DNA of 64,000 bases. Source: Patescibacteria group bacterium (GTDB lineage Bacteria; Patescibacteriota; Patescibacteriia; UBA11705; DATKZF01). The stretch lies in contig JBMORT010000002.1 of NCBI GenBank assembly GCA_049319825.1, positions 204,072 to 268,071 of the forward strand. Direction: 5' to 3'. The position numbers and the translations under genes were made by a program. The notes under the pieces are model-generated. The model had not been told where the DNA came from. It saw nothing but the letters and a program-made list of their open reading frames with translations, and searched no databases. Shown here piece by piece: positions 38,334 through 47,172 of the stretch; positions within the stretch are counted from its first letter, which is position 1, and each line of letters opens with the position of its first letter.

Positions 38334-38834
38334 ATGATTCAATCAATCATCGATTTCTTCAGTCGGCTGGATCCGCGATGGGCCACTTTTTGGCTGTCAA
38401 TGATTCCGGTGACAGAGCTTCGGGCCGCCATCCCCATTGCGCTGAGCGTCTATAAGCTTTCGGTGGCGCAAACAATAATATTTGCCGTGCTCGGTGATAT
38501 TTTGCCTGCAATTTTTATATTGTTTGGATTTGAGAAAGCCAGCAGTTATTTGGCGGGGAAGTCAAATACTTATAAAAAATTTCAGGATTGGCTTTTCGAG
38601 CGGACAAGAAAGAAATTTGAAAAAAAATATCATAAATATGGATTGATCGGTCTGGCGCTTTTCGTGGCGATTCCGCTGCCGGGAACAGGCTCATGGACCG
38701 GATCGATCGCCGCTTTTCTTTTCGGTCTGGAAAAAAAGAGAGCATTGATTTTTATTTTGCTGGGTGTTATTATGGCTTCAATTTTAGTAACCTTGCTGAG
38801 TTTGGGTGTGATTCACATAAATCACGCAATATGA
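38334..38834 (+). CDS. small multi-drug export family membrane protein (COG2426)
   Basis: MIPVTELRAAIP, LFVAIPLPGTGSWTG. Confidence 0.9.
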   Translation: MIQSIIDFFSRLDPRWATFWLSMIPVTELRAAIPIALSVYKLSVAQTIIFAVLGDILPAIFILFGFEKASSYLAGKSNTYKKFQDWLFERTRKKFEKKYHKYGLIGLALFVAIPLPGTGSWTGSIAAFLFGLEKKRALIFILLGVIMASILVTLLSLGVIHINHAI

Positions 38835-39271
38835 AAATAACGATTTGCGGTTCAATCGCGTTTTTCGATGAAATGCAGAAGATTCATGATAATTTGCTGC
38901 AGTTGGGGCATGAAGTGAAGATTCCTCCGACAGAAATCGCCGATAATCAAGGCAAGCTGATTTCAGTCAAACGTTATTATGAAATGAGAAAAGAGGAAAA
39001 TGACGATGTCAGTTGGATTTGGGAAAAAAAGAAAAAAGCGATGCGCGCTCATTTTGAAAAAGTCGAGTGGGCCGATGCCATTTTGGTATTAAATTACAAT
39101 AAGAACGGCATTGAAAATTATATCGGTGCCAATACTTTCCTGGAAATGGGATTGGCCTTCCACTTGGGAAAGACGATATATTTATTGAATCCGATTCCCG
39201 ATATTTCATATAAAGAAGAATTGCTGGCGATGTTTCCATGTGTAATTAATGGTGATTTAACTCAATTATGA
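38831..39271 (+). CDS. nucleoside 2-deoxyribosyltransferase-like protein
   Basis: MKITICGS.F, ADAILVLN, IG.NT.LEMG.A..LGK.I; ATGA overlaps at both ends. Confidence 0.7.
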   Translation: MKITICGSIAFFDEMQKIHDNLLQLGHEVKIPPTEIADNQGKLISVKRYYEMRKEENDDVSWIWEKKKKAMRAHFEKVEWADAILVLNYNKNGIENYIGANTFLEMGLAFHLGKTIYLLNPIPDISYKEELLAMFPCVINGDLTQL

Positions 39272-40395
39272 AAATAGGCGTCGACTGCCGAAAAATATTC
39301 AACCCGATTACCAACGAAGGCGCTGGCATTGAGCGTTATGTGTTTAATTTGGTGAAAAATTTAATTGAAATTGATGAAAACAATCAGTATGTCTTATTCG
39401 TGCCGAAAAGATATCCTCAAGAGGCATTAGACATATTAATAAAGCGCCAAGCCAATGTAAAATTAATACCAATAAGCGACGGTAAGATTCCGTTTTTTTC
39501 CAATCATTTACTTTTCGCGCTCGAGCTTCGAAGAGCATCGCTTGATTTGGCGATCTTTCCCGCCAATACCATTCCAATCGGATATAATCGTCGTTCTTTT
39601 TTGTTTATTCATGATTTGATCATTTACAAACATCCTGAATGGTTTCCGGCCGGGCAATTTTTTTCCAGAAAAATTGCGGTTCCGCTGAGTATAAAAAAAT
39701 CAGATAAAATATTGGCGATTTCTCAGGCGGTAAAAACCGATTTGGAACAATTATTCGGAGTTCAGAGCAATAAAATCAAGATCATCTATCCGTCCATCGA
39801 TATTTATACCGAGGTCGACGAAGAAACGGAAAATAAGATTATCGCCAAATATAATTTGAAAAAGCGATATATTTTTTTCGTCGGCACTATAGAACCGAGG
39901 AAAAATTTGGAAAATTTAATTAGGGCATTTACAAAAATTTCATCTGCCATGGCCGATGTCGATTTGTACATCGCCGGCAATATCGGTTGGCATTATGAGC
40001 GCATTTTTCAGGCGGCCAAAACCTCCGGCGGCAAATCGAATATTCGATTTTTGGGAGCTGTCTCGAACCGCGAAAAATTGGTTTTAATGAAAGAGGCGAT
40101 GATTTTCGCTTTCATTTCATGGGACGAGGGTTTTGGCATGCCGGTATTGGAAGCGATGAAAATCGGACTGCCGGTGATCACCTCGAGCTGCGGCGGATTG
40201 GGTGAACTTGTTTATGATCAGCGTCAAATCGTTCGGCCGGGCGATGTTAATGATATTGCCGCAAAATTAAAAAATCTCCTGGAAGATCAGGAAATTCGTA
40301 AGAATATCATTGAAAAACAAAGAAAATGGGCGGAAAATTTCAGCTGGCGGATCTCCGTTCAAAAACTGTTAAAAATTATAGAAGGCGAACAATAA
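39268..40395 (+). CDS. glycosyltransferase family 4
   Basis: GIERY, VGTIEPRKN, EGFGMPVLEAM..G.PVI. Confidence 0.95.
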   Translation: MKIGVDCRKIFNPITNEGAGIERYVFNLVKNLIEIDENNQYVLFVPKRYPQEALDILIKRQANVKLIPISDGKIPFFSNHLLFALELRRASLDLAIFPANTIPIGYNRRSFLFIHDLIIYKHPEWFPAGQFFSRKIAVPLSIKKSDKILAISQAVKTDLEQLFGVQSNKIKIIYPSIDIYTEVDEETENKIIAKYNLKKRYIFFVGTIEPRKNLENLIRAFTKISSAMADVDLYIAGNIGWHYERIFQAAKTSGGKSNIRFLGAVSNREKLVLMKEAMIFAFISWDEGFGMPVLEAMKIGLPVITSSCGGLGELVYDQRQIVRPGDVNDIAAKLKNLLEDQEIRKNIIEKQRKWAENFSWRISVQKLLKIIEGEQ

Positions 40396-40833
40396 AATCA
40401 ATATTGCCAGTTGCATCATCAGCCCGGTAGACAGGCTGATTTTTTTTGTTTTGAATATATCATGGAAAAATTCGTGCGCCTGATAAAATCTTCTGAACAA
40501 TTTGGGATAAACCTCGTGAACTCCCACCAATAAGTCGGGCAGCAGCGATCCGGCTAAGGCCATGAAGATAGCTAGGTAACTGATGATATTATTATGAAAC
40601 TTTATCAGCCAAAATAAATTGAATGCCAGGCATAGGCCAATATCAATTAAAATCAGCTGTACGATTTGTTTCGGCTTGGTTTTGGCGCGATATTCCTCTA
40701 TCAAATTTTGATCGCCATGGGGAATCATGTCCATGATAAAATGAGCGATAAAGGCAATGATGAACGCCAGCCACCAATTGTTAGTTTTTTGTCCGATTAA
40801 AACGCCGGTCGCGGCGTGAACGGTTAATAGCAT
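40369..40833 (-). CDS. membrane protein, putative metal-dependent hydrolase-like
   Basis: HAATG, HF.MD.IPH.D, LPD and H.FFH conserved His/Asp motifs. Confidence 0.75.
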   Translation of the reverse strand: MLLTVHAATGVLIGQKTNNWWLAFIIAFIAHFIMDMIPHGDQNLIEEYRAKTKPKQIVQLILIDIGLCLAFNLFWLIKFHNNIISYLAIFMALAGSLLPDLLVGVHEVYPKLFRRFYQAHEFFHDIFKTKKISLSTGLMMQLAILILLFAFYNF

Positions 40834-40911
40834 ATAGCATGGATCATGGATCAATTCAATGATTTTTTATTTATTTCATGTCGAATGCCCCATGTTCCAT
40901 CAGTCATTATA

Positions 40912-41859
40912 TCACAAGTCAACATTAAGTATAGATACCTCCGGTGGATTAAATAAACGCGCGCGCGGGCCGGTTTCTCCCACTCCCGGAGTTATAAACA
41001 ATTGAGTTTGATCGAATCGAAACAATCCGGTGTCAAATTTTCTTCCCAGCTCATCCGGCAGCGGAGATAACGGGCCTATCAGCGGCAGCCTGATTTGGCC
41101 GGCATGCGTGTGACCGCTGAGCATAATATCGACCTGGTTATTCGCTTCCAGTATGTAATCAGGGTTGTGACAGAGCATCAGACTGGGAATTGATTCATTT
41201 ATCCCGGACAAAGCTTTTTCCAAATCAGCCTCGCCGGTCCAGATTTCCTTGATGCCGATGATGTTGAATTGCTGACTATTGATTGTTAATTGTTGATTGT
41301 CGTTTTCCAGCAGGGCAAGGTTATACTTTCGCAGCATTTGTCGGAGCACGTATGTTTTATCTTGTTGCTGCGAGCTTTTGAATTCAGAAAGGTGATAGTC
41401 ATGGTTGCCGCTGATGACAACCAGCGGAAATTTCCCACTGAGTTTTAATATCGGTTCGAGATATTTGGCATTTTCTCCGGCGCCATAAATATAGTCGCCG
41501 AGTAAAACTATCAGATCAGGATTTTGTTGATCTATGGTGTCAGCGATTTTTTGGCTGTAATTATATTTTTTAAATGGCCCAAAATGAGGATCGGAAACGG
41601 CCGCTATCTTAATGCGATCCGGCGATTCATTTTTTTTGATATCAACTGAATATTCTTTAACCGTGACCAGCTTGGGTTCGATGAAGCTGCCATAAAATAC
41701 TACGACAAAACCGACAATCAATATAATTCCGATTATCAATTTCCAAGCGTGTCTGCTGCCGTGTTTAAAACAAAAAAATGCCTTTAACAATTTATAGGCA
41801 AATAAGGCGCTGAATATAAGGAATGAATCGGTTATTATTTCAAAAGCGTAGAAAATCAT
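40912..41859 (-). CDS. membrane-anchored metallophosphoesterase (YkuE/YaeI-like)
   Basis: SDPH, GDY, GNHD, HNPD, GHTHAGQ. Confidence 0.93.
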   Translation of the reverse strand: MIFYAFEIITDSFLIFSALFAYKLLKAFFCFKHGSRHAWKLIIGIILIVGFVVVFYGSFIEPKLVTVKEYSVDIKKNESPDRIKIAAVSDPHFGPFKKYNYSQKIADTIDQQNPDLIVLLGDYIYGAGENAKYLEPILKLSGKFPLVVISGNHDYHLSEFKSSQQQDKTYVLRQMLRKYNLALLENDNQQLTINSQQFNIIGIKEIWTGEADLEKALSGINESIPSLMLCHNPDYILEANNQVDIMLSGHTHAGQIRLPLIGPLSPLPDELGRKFDTGLFRFDQTQLFITPGVGETGPRARLFNPPEVSILNVDL

Positions 41860-41911
41860 CGTTATAAAAATTAAAGGTAACGTTTATGTATTAGAACGAT
41901 TTTAAATATTT

Positions 41912-41987
41912 TGGTAGCGGGGAGGGGACTCGAACCCCTGACCTCCAGGTTATGGGCCTGGCGAGCTGCCAACTGCTCTACCCCGCG
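41912..41987 (-). tRNA. tRNA-fMet (CAT), initiator
   Basis: CGCGGGGTAGAGCAG...CCAGG-CCCATAA-CCTGG...TTCGAGT...CCCCGCTACCA; C1:U72 mismatch; A11-U24. Confidence 0.93.
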
Positions 41988-42079
41988 ATAAAAAAAATAA
42001 TGTGGCTGTGCCATTCGAAGCGCACGCAATCAATGCGATAATTCAGTATATTCCTGTCGTTCTTCGCTGGCGCGAAGAA

Positions 42080-42156
42080 TGGTAGCAGGGGCGGGGATCG
42101 AACCCGCGACCTGAGGGTTATGATTCCTCCGCTCTAGCCAACTGAGCTACCCTGCC
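42080..42156 (-). tRNA. tRNA-Met (CAT), probably elongator; Ile2 not excluded
   Basis: GGCAGGGTAGCTCAGTTGGCTAGAGC...ATCATAA...TTCGATC...CCCTGCTACCA. Confidence 0.9.
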
Positions 42157-42256
42157 CCACGGAAAATAAAAAATACCGTTTTAAGGTTCTTAAATATTAT
42201 AGCAAACATATGAATTCTTGGCAAGAAAAGATTAAAAAAGAGCATAATTTATGCTC

Positions 42257-43129
42257 TTATCGAAGTTTAATCTGAATCCATTTCTCAGCCGTGCTTTTTC
42301 TGTAATAAATTTGAATGTAGCTTTCGGTCTTTTCCGAGCGCAGGCTTTTTCGCAGCAGCAGCTGCGCCGCATGCAGCTCAGGGACGATTTCCGGGTCCAG
42401 TTCCAGCCCCAGGAATTGATACAGTTGAGGGCCGACCTTGAAATTCGTTTTTTCGACCAGCAGCTGCTTTGTCAGATCATACAAGGCCTGCTGATCAGGC
42501 GACATTGTTTTTTCTTCAGTGAATTTCGCGAAAAACGCGCTGATCAAGTCAAGCGCTTTGGCCGCGAGTTCCGGCTCGATCCTGGTAATGTGTGCGACGA
42601 TCGCCCTGACTCTTCTCAGGCCGTCAGAGGAGTCGATGGTGATCTGGCTGCGTAGCTTGCCAGCCTCATCAATCAGTCGATGATACACATGGCTGCTCAG
42701 ATAATCATTGCGATGCGCCAGAGCTTCAAGGACACGATTGTTAAGTGCGAATACCTGATCGACCAGATCATCTGTTTCTTTTTTCTCGGTTTCGACTTGT
42801 TGCCTTAAAGTCGCCAACTCTATCTCCAGGAGTTTGATTCTATGCTGGTGATCTTTAATATGCTTTCTGGCAATATCCCGTTTCTCGGTTAGCTTATCGG
42901 TGTCAACTTCCCAATCTTTGACAATATTTTGCCACGTCAGATGCTTTTTCGTTCCGAAAAGTCGGACGGTGACATTGGCCAGATCGGCGGCCGCTTTTCG
43001 GAATCGGTTATATCCCTGAGTCCACTTGGCTCTGGCCTTTGCTTCTACCTCAACCCATACGGAAAGTCCTTTTTTCAATTTGCAAAGCAATGATTCTTTT
43101 TGCTGAATCGGGTTTGGCTTTTTGGCCAC
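42257..43129 (-). CDS. coiled-coil protein with DUF3164-like (Mu-like phage) C-terminal domain
   Basis: T..S.DG..RV...A..LI and SYI..Y.R....W..I.L resemble DUF3164 from recall; AGGAG SD before GTG 43129. Confidence 0.6.
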   Translation of the reverse strand: MAKKPNPIQQKESLLCKLKKGLSVWVEVEAKARAKWTQGYNRFRKAAADLANVTVRLFGTKKHLTWQNIVKDWEVDTDKLTEKRDIARKHIKDHQHRIKLLEIELATLRQQVETEKKETDDLVDQVFALNNRVLEALAHRNDYLSSHVYHRLIDEAGKLRSQITIDSSDGLRRVRAIVAHITRIEPELAAKALDLISAFFAKFTEEKTMSPDQQALYDLTKQLLVEKTNFKVGPQLYQFLGLELDPEIVPELHAAQLLLRKSLRSEKTESYIQIYYRKSTAEKWIQIKLR

Positions 43130-43225
43130 GATTCTTCTCCTTTTCCTTGTCGTGATATTGAACACGATATTCTATGTTAAAATTTTATTATAAAAATGTC
43201 AAGAAAAAAAATCCCTTAAAAGGGA

Positions 43226-43437
43226 AATGTGGCTGCGCCAGCCTTAGCGCAGTAGCTTGTCAGTAAAAGAAAACGTGAATTTTCAAGGCCCTTCTTCGCT
43301 GAAGCGACGAAGGGCATTCTTCGCTCTGCACAATGGCCGTGCCAGCCGTAGCGCCAGCCAATTATTACGTTTACTGCTGATCAAGATGTCGTCCTTCGCG
43401 TAAAGCTTCGGACGACAGCCTTCGCTGGCGCGAAGGC
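43226..43437 (-). repeat. tandem structured repeat units in the tRNA-Leu 3' trailer
   Basis: Two TGGC(T/C)G(C/T)GCCAGCC.TAGCGC heads, each followed by a variable spacer and a CTTCGC-containing hairpin. Confidence 0.75.
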
Positions 43438-43524
43438 TGGTGCCGCCGGTCGGAGTCGAACCGACATGGACGTAAGCCCACACGATTTTGAGTCGTGCGC
43501 GTCTACCAGTTCCGCCACGGCGGC
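43438..43524 (-). tRNA. tRNA-Leu (CAA)
   Basis: GCCGCCGTGGCGGAACTGGTAGACGCG-CACGA-CTCAAAA-TCGTG, long variable arm, TTCGACT, GGCACCA. Confidence 0.95.
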
Positions 43525-43580
43525 ATGAAAAATTAATAATCTTTTTTAATCCACTAATTACTTAAATATTTAATATTTCC

Positions 43581-43826
43581 TTATTTATTAATGTTTTTCA
43601 ATATTCTTTACCGATACCTGATTTTTAAATATTTTTCTCTTTCTCTTGCTGCCGTTCTTGATAAAAATTTTTCTATCAAAATTGTTTTAAATGGCTTATA
43701 TGGTTTCGTGGTTCTATTGTATCCCAAATTGTGCTGTTTTATTCTTCTTGCTGGATTATCAGATATGCCAACCTATATGTATGTTCTTGCTACGCTAGAA
43801 ATCGCATAAGTAAAGTAGCTTTTCAT
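43581..43826 (-). pseudogene. GIY-YIG nuclease pseudogene (absent from the ORF track)
   Basis: Manual translation MKSYFTYAISSVARTYI*VGISDNPARRIKQHNLGYNRTTKPYKPF...AREREKYLK, then shifted SGIGKEY; in-frame TAG plus frameshifts. Confidence 0.85.
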
Positions 43827-43839
43827 ATGAAAAAAATAT

Positions 43840-43892
43840 GTCGTGCGCGCCTGCCTGCCGGCAGGCAGGTCTACCAATTTCGCCACGGCGGC
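43840..43892 (-). pseudogene. 5'-half copy of tRNA-Leu interrupted by a 20-bp palindrome
   Basis: GCCGCCGTGGCGAAATTGGTAGA[CCTGCCTGCCGGCAGGCAGG]CGCGCACGAC matches the tRNA-Leu 5' half up to C32 with 2 substitutions. Confidence 0.85.
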
Positions 43893-44042
43893 AATATGAT
43901 TACGTGAAACATTATACTACAATTAGCAAAAATTGTCAAAAAGGAACGGATATATTATAATGAAATGGAGTTTATGAATCGGATATCAGGCGGGATATTG
44001 GCCGGAAGTAGATGCTTATTTAATTACCACCAATTATACAAT

Positions 44043-44807
44043 ATGGGCAAAATCGTCTCAATCGTCAATCAAAAAGGGGGAGTGGGTAAAACCACCACGG
44101 CCATAAATTTGTGCGCGTATCTGGCGGAATTCGGCAAATTCGTATTGCTTGTCGACATGGATCCGCAGGCCAACGCCACCAGCGGATTGGGGATAGACTA
44201 TCAAAATATCGATTACGGCCTTTATGAGGTGCTGATCGGAGAGAAATATTTTAAGGATATTGTTTTACCGACTAAGCACCAGGGCTTTCGCATTGCTCCG
44301 GCCACGCCGAATTTGGCCGGCGCCGGGGTGGAGATGGTCGGTCTGGATCGCCGGGAATTCAGGCTTCAGGACGCGTTGCTCGAAGTCAAGGGAGACTATG
44401 ACTATATATTCATTGACTGCCCGCCATCGCTGGGGCTTTTGACATTAAACAGTTTGGTGGCGGCTGATGAAATATTGATTCCGGTGCAGGCCGAGTACTA
44501 TGCTCTCGAGGGCTTGGGACAGCTCATGTACACGGTTGATTTAGTCAAGGAAAATTTAAAACCGGAAATAGACATCATGGGCGCGGTGATTACCATGTTT
44601 GATAAGAGAAATAATTTGTCAGAGCAGATAATGAATGAACTGTATCAATATTTTCCAAATAAAATTTTTCGGTCAGTGGTTCCAAGGAACGTGCGCCTGA
44701 CAGAGGCTCCCAGTCACGGCCTGTCTATTATTCACTATGATGCGGCTTCGAGCGGCAGCAAGGCTTATGAGAGGCTGGCGAGGGAGATAATTGATTTAGA
44801 AAAATAA
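44043..44807 (+). CDS. parA: ParA/Soj ATPase
   Basis: NQKGGVGKTTT, DPQANATSGLG, IDCPPSLG, RNVRL.EAPSHG. Confidence 0.96.
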   Translation: MGKIVSIVNQKGGVGKTTTAINLCAYLAEFGKFVLLVDMDPQANATSGLGIDYQNIDYGLYEVLIGEKYFKDIVLPTKHQGFRIAPATPNLAGAGVEMVGLDRREFRLQDALLEVKGDYDYIFIDCPPSLGLLTLNSLVAADEILIPVQAEYYALEGLGQLMYTVDLVKENLKPEIDIMGAVITMFDKRNNLSEQIMNELYQYFPNKIFRSVVPRNVRLTEAPSHGLSIIHYDAASSGSKAYERLAREIIDLEK

Positions 44808-44905
44808 GATATACGGACATTCGGAAAGGTTACAGAAGCTACAAAAGTTGCTTTTCTGTGATTTCCTAGCTTTCCGTAAGTCCGTAACTTTAAATAAAAA
44901 TAAAT

Positions 44906-45787
44906 ATGATACAAAAAAAAGGTTTGGGCCGGGGCCTGGGCTCGTTGATACCTAAAAAGGTTTCTCCCAGTCTGGTGCGGGAAGAAAACAAGGAAATGGT
45001 TTTAGAGCCGAGCAAAGATCAAATCGTCCAAATCCCGGTCGAAAAAATCGAGCCTAATCCGATGCAGCCCAGACAGGTCTTCAGTCATCAGGATCTGGAG
45101 GAATTAATCGAATCGATTAAACATTACGGTATCCTGCAGCCGCTGGTGGTCACGAAAGCGGGCGAGATGTATCAGCTGATCGCTGGCGAGCGGCGCTGGC
45201 GGGCGTCAAAAGTCATCGGTCTGGAAAAGGTGCCGGTTATTGTCAGGGATGCCACTGAGCAGGAAAAGCTGGAATTGTCATTGATAGAAAATATCCAAAG
45301 AAAAAATTTAAATCCGATCGAAGAGGCGGCCAGCTATCAGCGTTTAGCCAATGAATTTAATTTAACTCAAGAGGAAATCGCCGCTAAGCTCGGAAAATCA
45401 AGGCCGAAAATAGCCAATACCATCAGATTGCTACAATTGCCTGAAAAAATTCAGCGCGCGCTGGTGGAGGAGAAAATCACCGAAGGCCATGCGCGGGTGA
45501 TACTCAGCCTGCCGACGGAAAAGCAGCAGCTTGATTTTTTGAATAAAATTTTGCAAAATGAATTTACTGTTAGAGAGGCGGAAACCCAGGCGAGAAAAGC
45601 TTCCGGCCGAAAGCCGAAAGTGCTAAAGAGCCTAAAGGACCCGCTGACTGAAGCTCAGAAAGAAGAGCTGCGCCAGAAGCTTAATACCAAAGTCGATATT
45701 AAAAAATCAGCCGGCCGCGGACAAATATTAATTGATTTTTATTCGGAGGAAGAGCTCGGCGAATTGATCAAAAAAATTTGCGATTAA
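44906..45787 (+). CDS. parB: ParB/Spo0J
   Basis: GLGRGL, NPMQPR, IAGERRWRA, IENIQR. Confidence 0.96.
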   Translation: MIQKKGLGRGLGSLIPKKVSPSLVREENKEMVLEPSKDQIVQIPVEKIEPNPMQPRQVFSHQDLEELIESIKHYGILQPLVVTKAGEMYQLIAGERRWRASKVIGLEKVPVIVRDATEQEKLELSLIENIQRKNLNPIEEAASYQRLANEFNLTQEEIAAKLGKSRPKIANTIRLLQLPEKIQRALVEEKITEGHARVILSLPTEKQQLDFLNKILQNEFTVREAETQARKASGRKPKVLKSLKDPLTEAQKEELRQKLNTKVDIKKSAGRGQILIDFYSEEELGELIKKICD

Positions 45788-45808
45788 TATTATCTCGTAA
45801 CAATATAT

Positions 45809-46369
45809 ATGAAAAAATTTAAATTTCTAATCGCTCTATTAATTGTTCCTTTGTTAATTTCAGCCTGCAGCTGCCAAAAGCAGCCGACAGATAGAGATCA
45901 CGTTGAGCTGCTCGTGCCCGATGATGTCAAGGGCAAGGTAAAGGACTGGGTCGTTTATACCAACCCGGCGTTTCGCTACGAGCTGCGCTCTCCAGAAAAT
46001 TGGGAAATATTGGATCTGAATAAAACCGGTGAGGATGTGTATTTTTATGAAAAAGGGAAAAGCATCACCGACGATTATAAGGGGGAGCTCAGGATTCTGG
46101 GATTTTCCAATTGGCTGGAAAAACTGTCCATTGACGAATTTATAAAATCAAAGGCGCCGACCAATTATTACGCCATCAGTGCCGGAGAAGATCGACAGGA
46201 AATTCAATTCAGGGACTTTTACGCCATACGTTTTGATAATGTGGAGATCGCCGAAAATCAGCTGATCGACGTATTGGCGATAGATGGCCGAGACAGGATA
46301 ATTTTGATAGAGCTTCGCGGTACAAAAAAAGATATTGAAACGATTCTGGGCAGCATGTATTTTTATTAA
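45809..46369 (+). CDS. putative lipoprotein (PsbP-like)
   Basis: Lipobox ISAC; W..Y.N..F.Y.L..P.NW. Confidence 0.7.
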   Translation: MKKFKFLIALLIVPLLISACSCQKQPTDRDHVELLVPDDVKGKVKDWVVYTNPAFRYELRSPENWEILDLNKTGEDVYFYEKGKSITDDYKGELRILGFSNWLEKLSIDEFIKSKAPTNYYAISAGEDRQEIQFRDFYAIRFDNVEIAENQLIDVLAIDGRDRIILIELRGTKKDIETILGSMYFY

Positions 46370-46469
46370 TGGTCAATAATTAAAGATTAAAGCAAATATC
46401 GAGCGGTGCTTTCGCCGCGCAAAAAAATTAAAAATAATAAGACCGAGAGTGTTTTCTCGGTCTTTTTTT

Positions 46470-47162
46470 TTAGTTTGAATAGTTGAAGACCCGGATTTGG
46501 GTCCTCGCCTTGGCCTTTACCAGCAGTCTGGTGGCCATGGGATTGACCCACATCGGGTCGGTCTTGCCGTTCCAGACGAAGATTCGTCCGGCTTTGGCAA
46601 CGGGCAGTTCCGCCCAGTTGCCGATGTTTTTTTCGTCCGGCACCATCACCATGATGGGCGCGGTGTAGTCGAAGATCTTGGCCAGCACCGGCTTGCCCAT
46701 CCTGATTTCGTAGATGGGGCCGGGCTCGATGTCGGCCTCGAAATCGGGCCGCCAGGCCATGGCCACGGCCGCCGGGCGGTCATTGTCCGTGATCGGACTG
46801 CTGATGCTCAAACCGAACACGCGGTTGAGCATCCCCGGCAGCGCGTAGTTTAGAACCACCAGCGCGCCAATGACGATGGCGATGAATACCACCATCGCCT
46901 TGGCCCAGAACCAGTCTCTGGGCTTTGGCTTTTTGGCCTCGGGCTTTTTGGCCGTTTTCTTGGCATCGGCCTCGGACTTGTCGTCCGTTTTTTGGGTCTG
47001 CGCGTCCGCCTTCGGCCAGGCGCCCAGACACACGAAAAGTCCTGCCACTGCGGCTCCGATCACTGCCCAGACCGCGTAGCCCGGGATGACCTTGAGCCCG
47101 ATGGCCGAGCCGATCAGCGCGACCAGCAGTCCGAACAGAATTGCCATTACCTTCCTTTTCAT
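46470..47162 (-). CDS. membrane protein with a Lys-rich linker, GC-rich
   Basis: Three TM segments; AGGAGG SD; terminator at about 46438-46470. Confidence 0.75.
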   Translation of the reverse strand: MKRKVMAILFGLLVALIGSAIGLKVIPGYAVWAVIGAAVAGLFVCLGAWPKADAQTQKTDDKSEADAKKTAKKPEAKKPKPRDWFWAKAMVVFIAIVIGALVVLNYALPGMLNRVFGLSISSPITDNDRPAAVAMAWRPDFEADIEPGPIYEIRMGKPVLAKIFDYTAPIMVMVPDEKNIGNWAELPVAKAGRIFVWNGKTDPMWVNPMATRLLVKAKARTQIRVFNYSN

Positions 47163-47172
47163 TAAAAACCTC

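Noticed and set aside
43226-43437. CRISPR-like repeat-spacer appearance
   Set aside because: Only two degenerate units of about 100 bp and no cas genes; reported as a tRNA trailer instead
43581-43826. TAG recoding (alternative genetic code) in the GIY-YIG gene
   Set aside because: The gene also has frameshifts, and TAG and TGA end normal genes elsewhere (asnS TAG, uvrA TGA), so code 11 with pseudogenisation is simpler
43896-43911. Possible parS site upstream of parA (ATGATTACGTGAAACA)
   Set aside because: Only the right half matches TGTTTCACGTGAAACA; it is not palindromic
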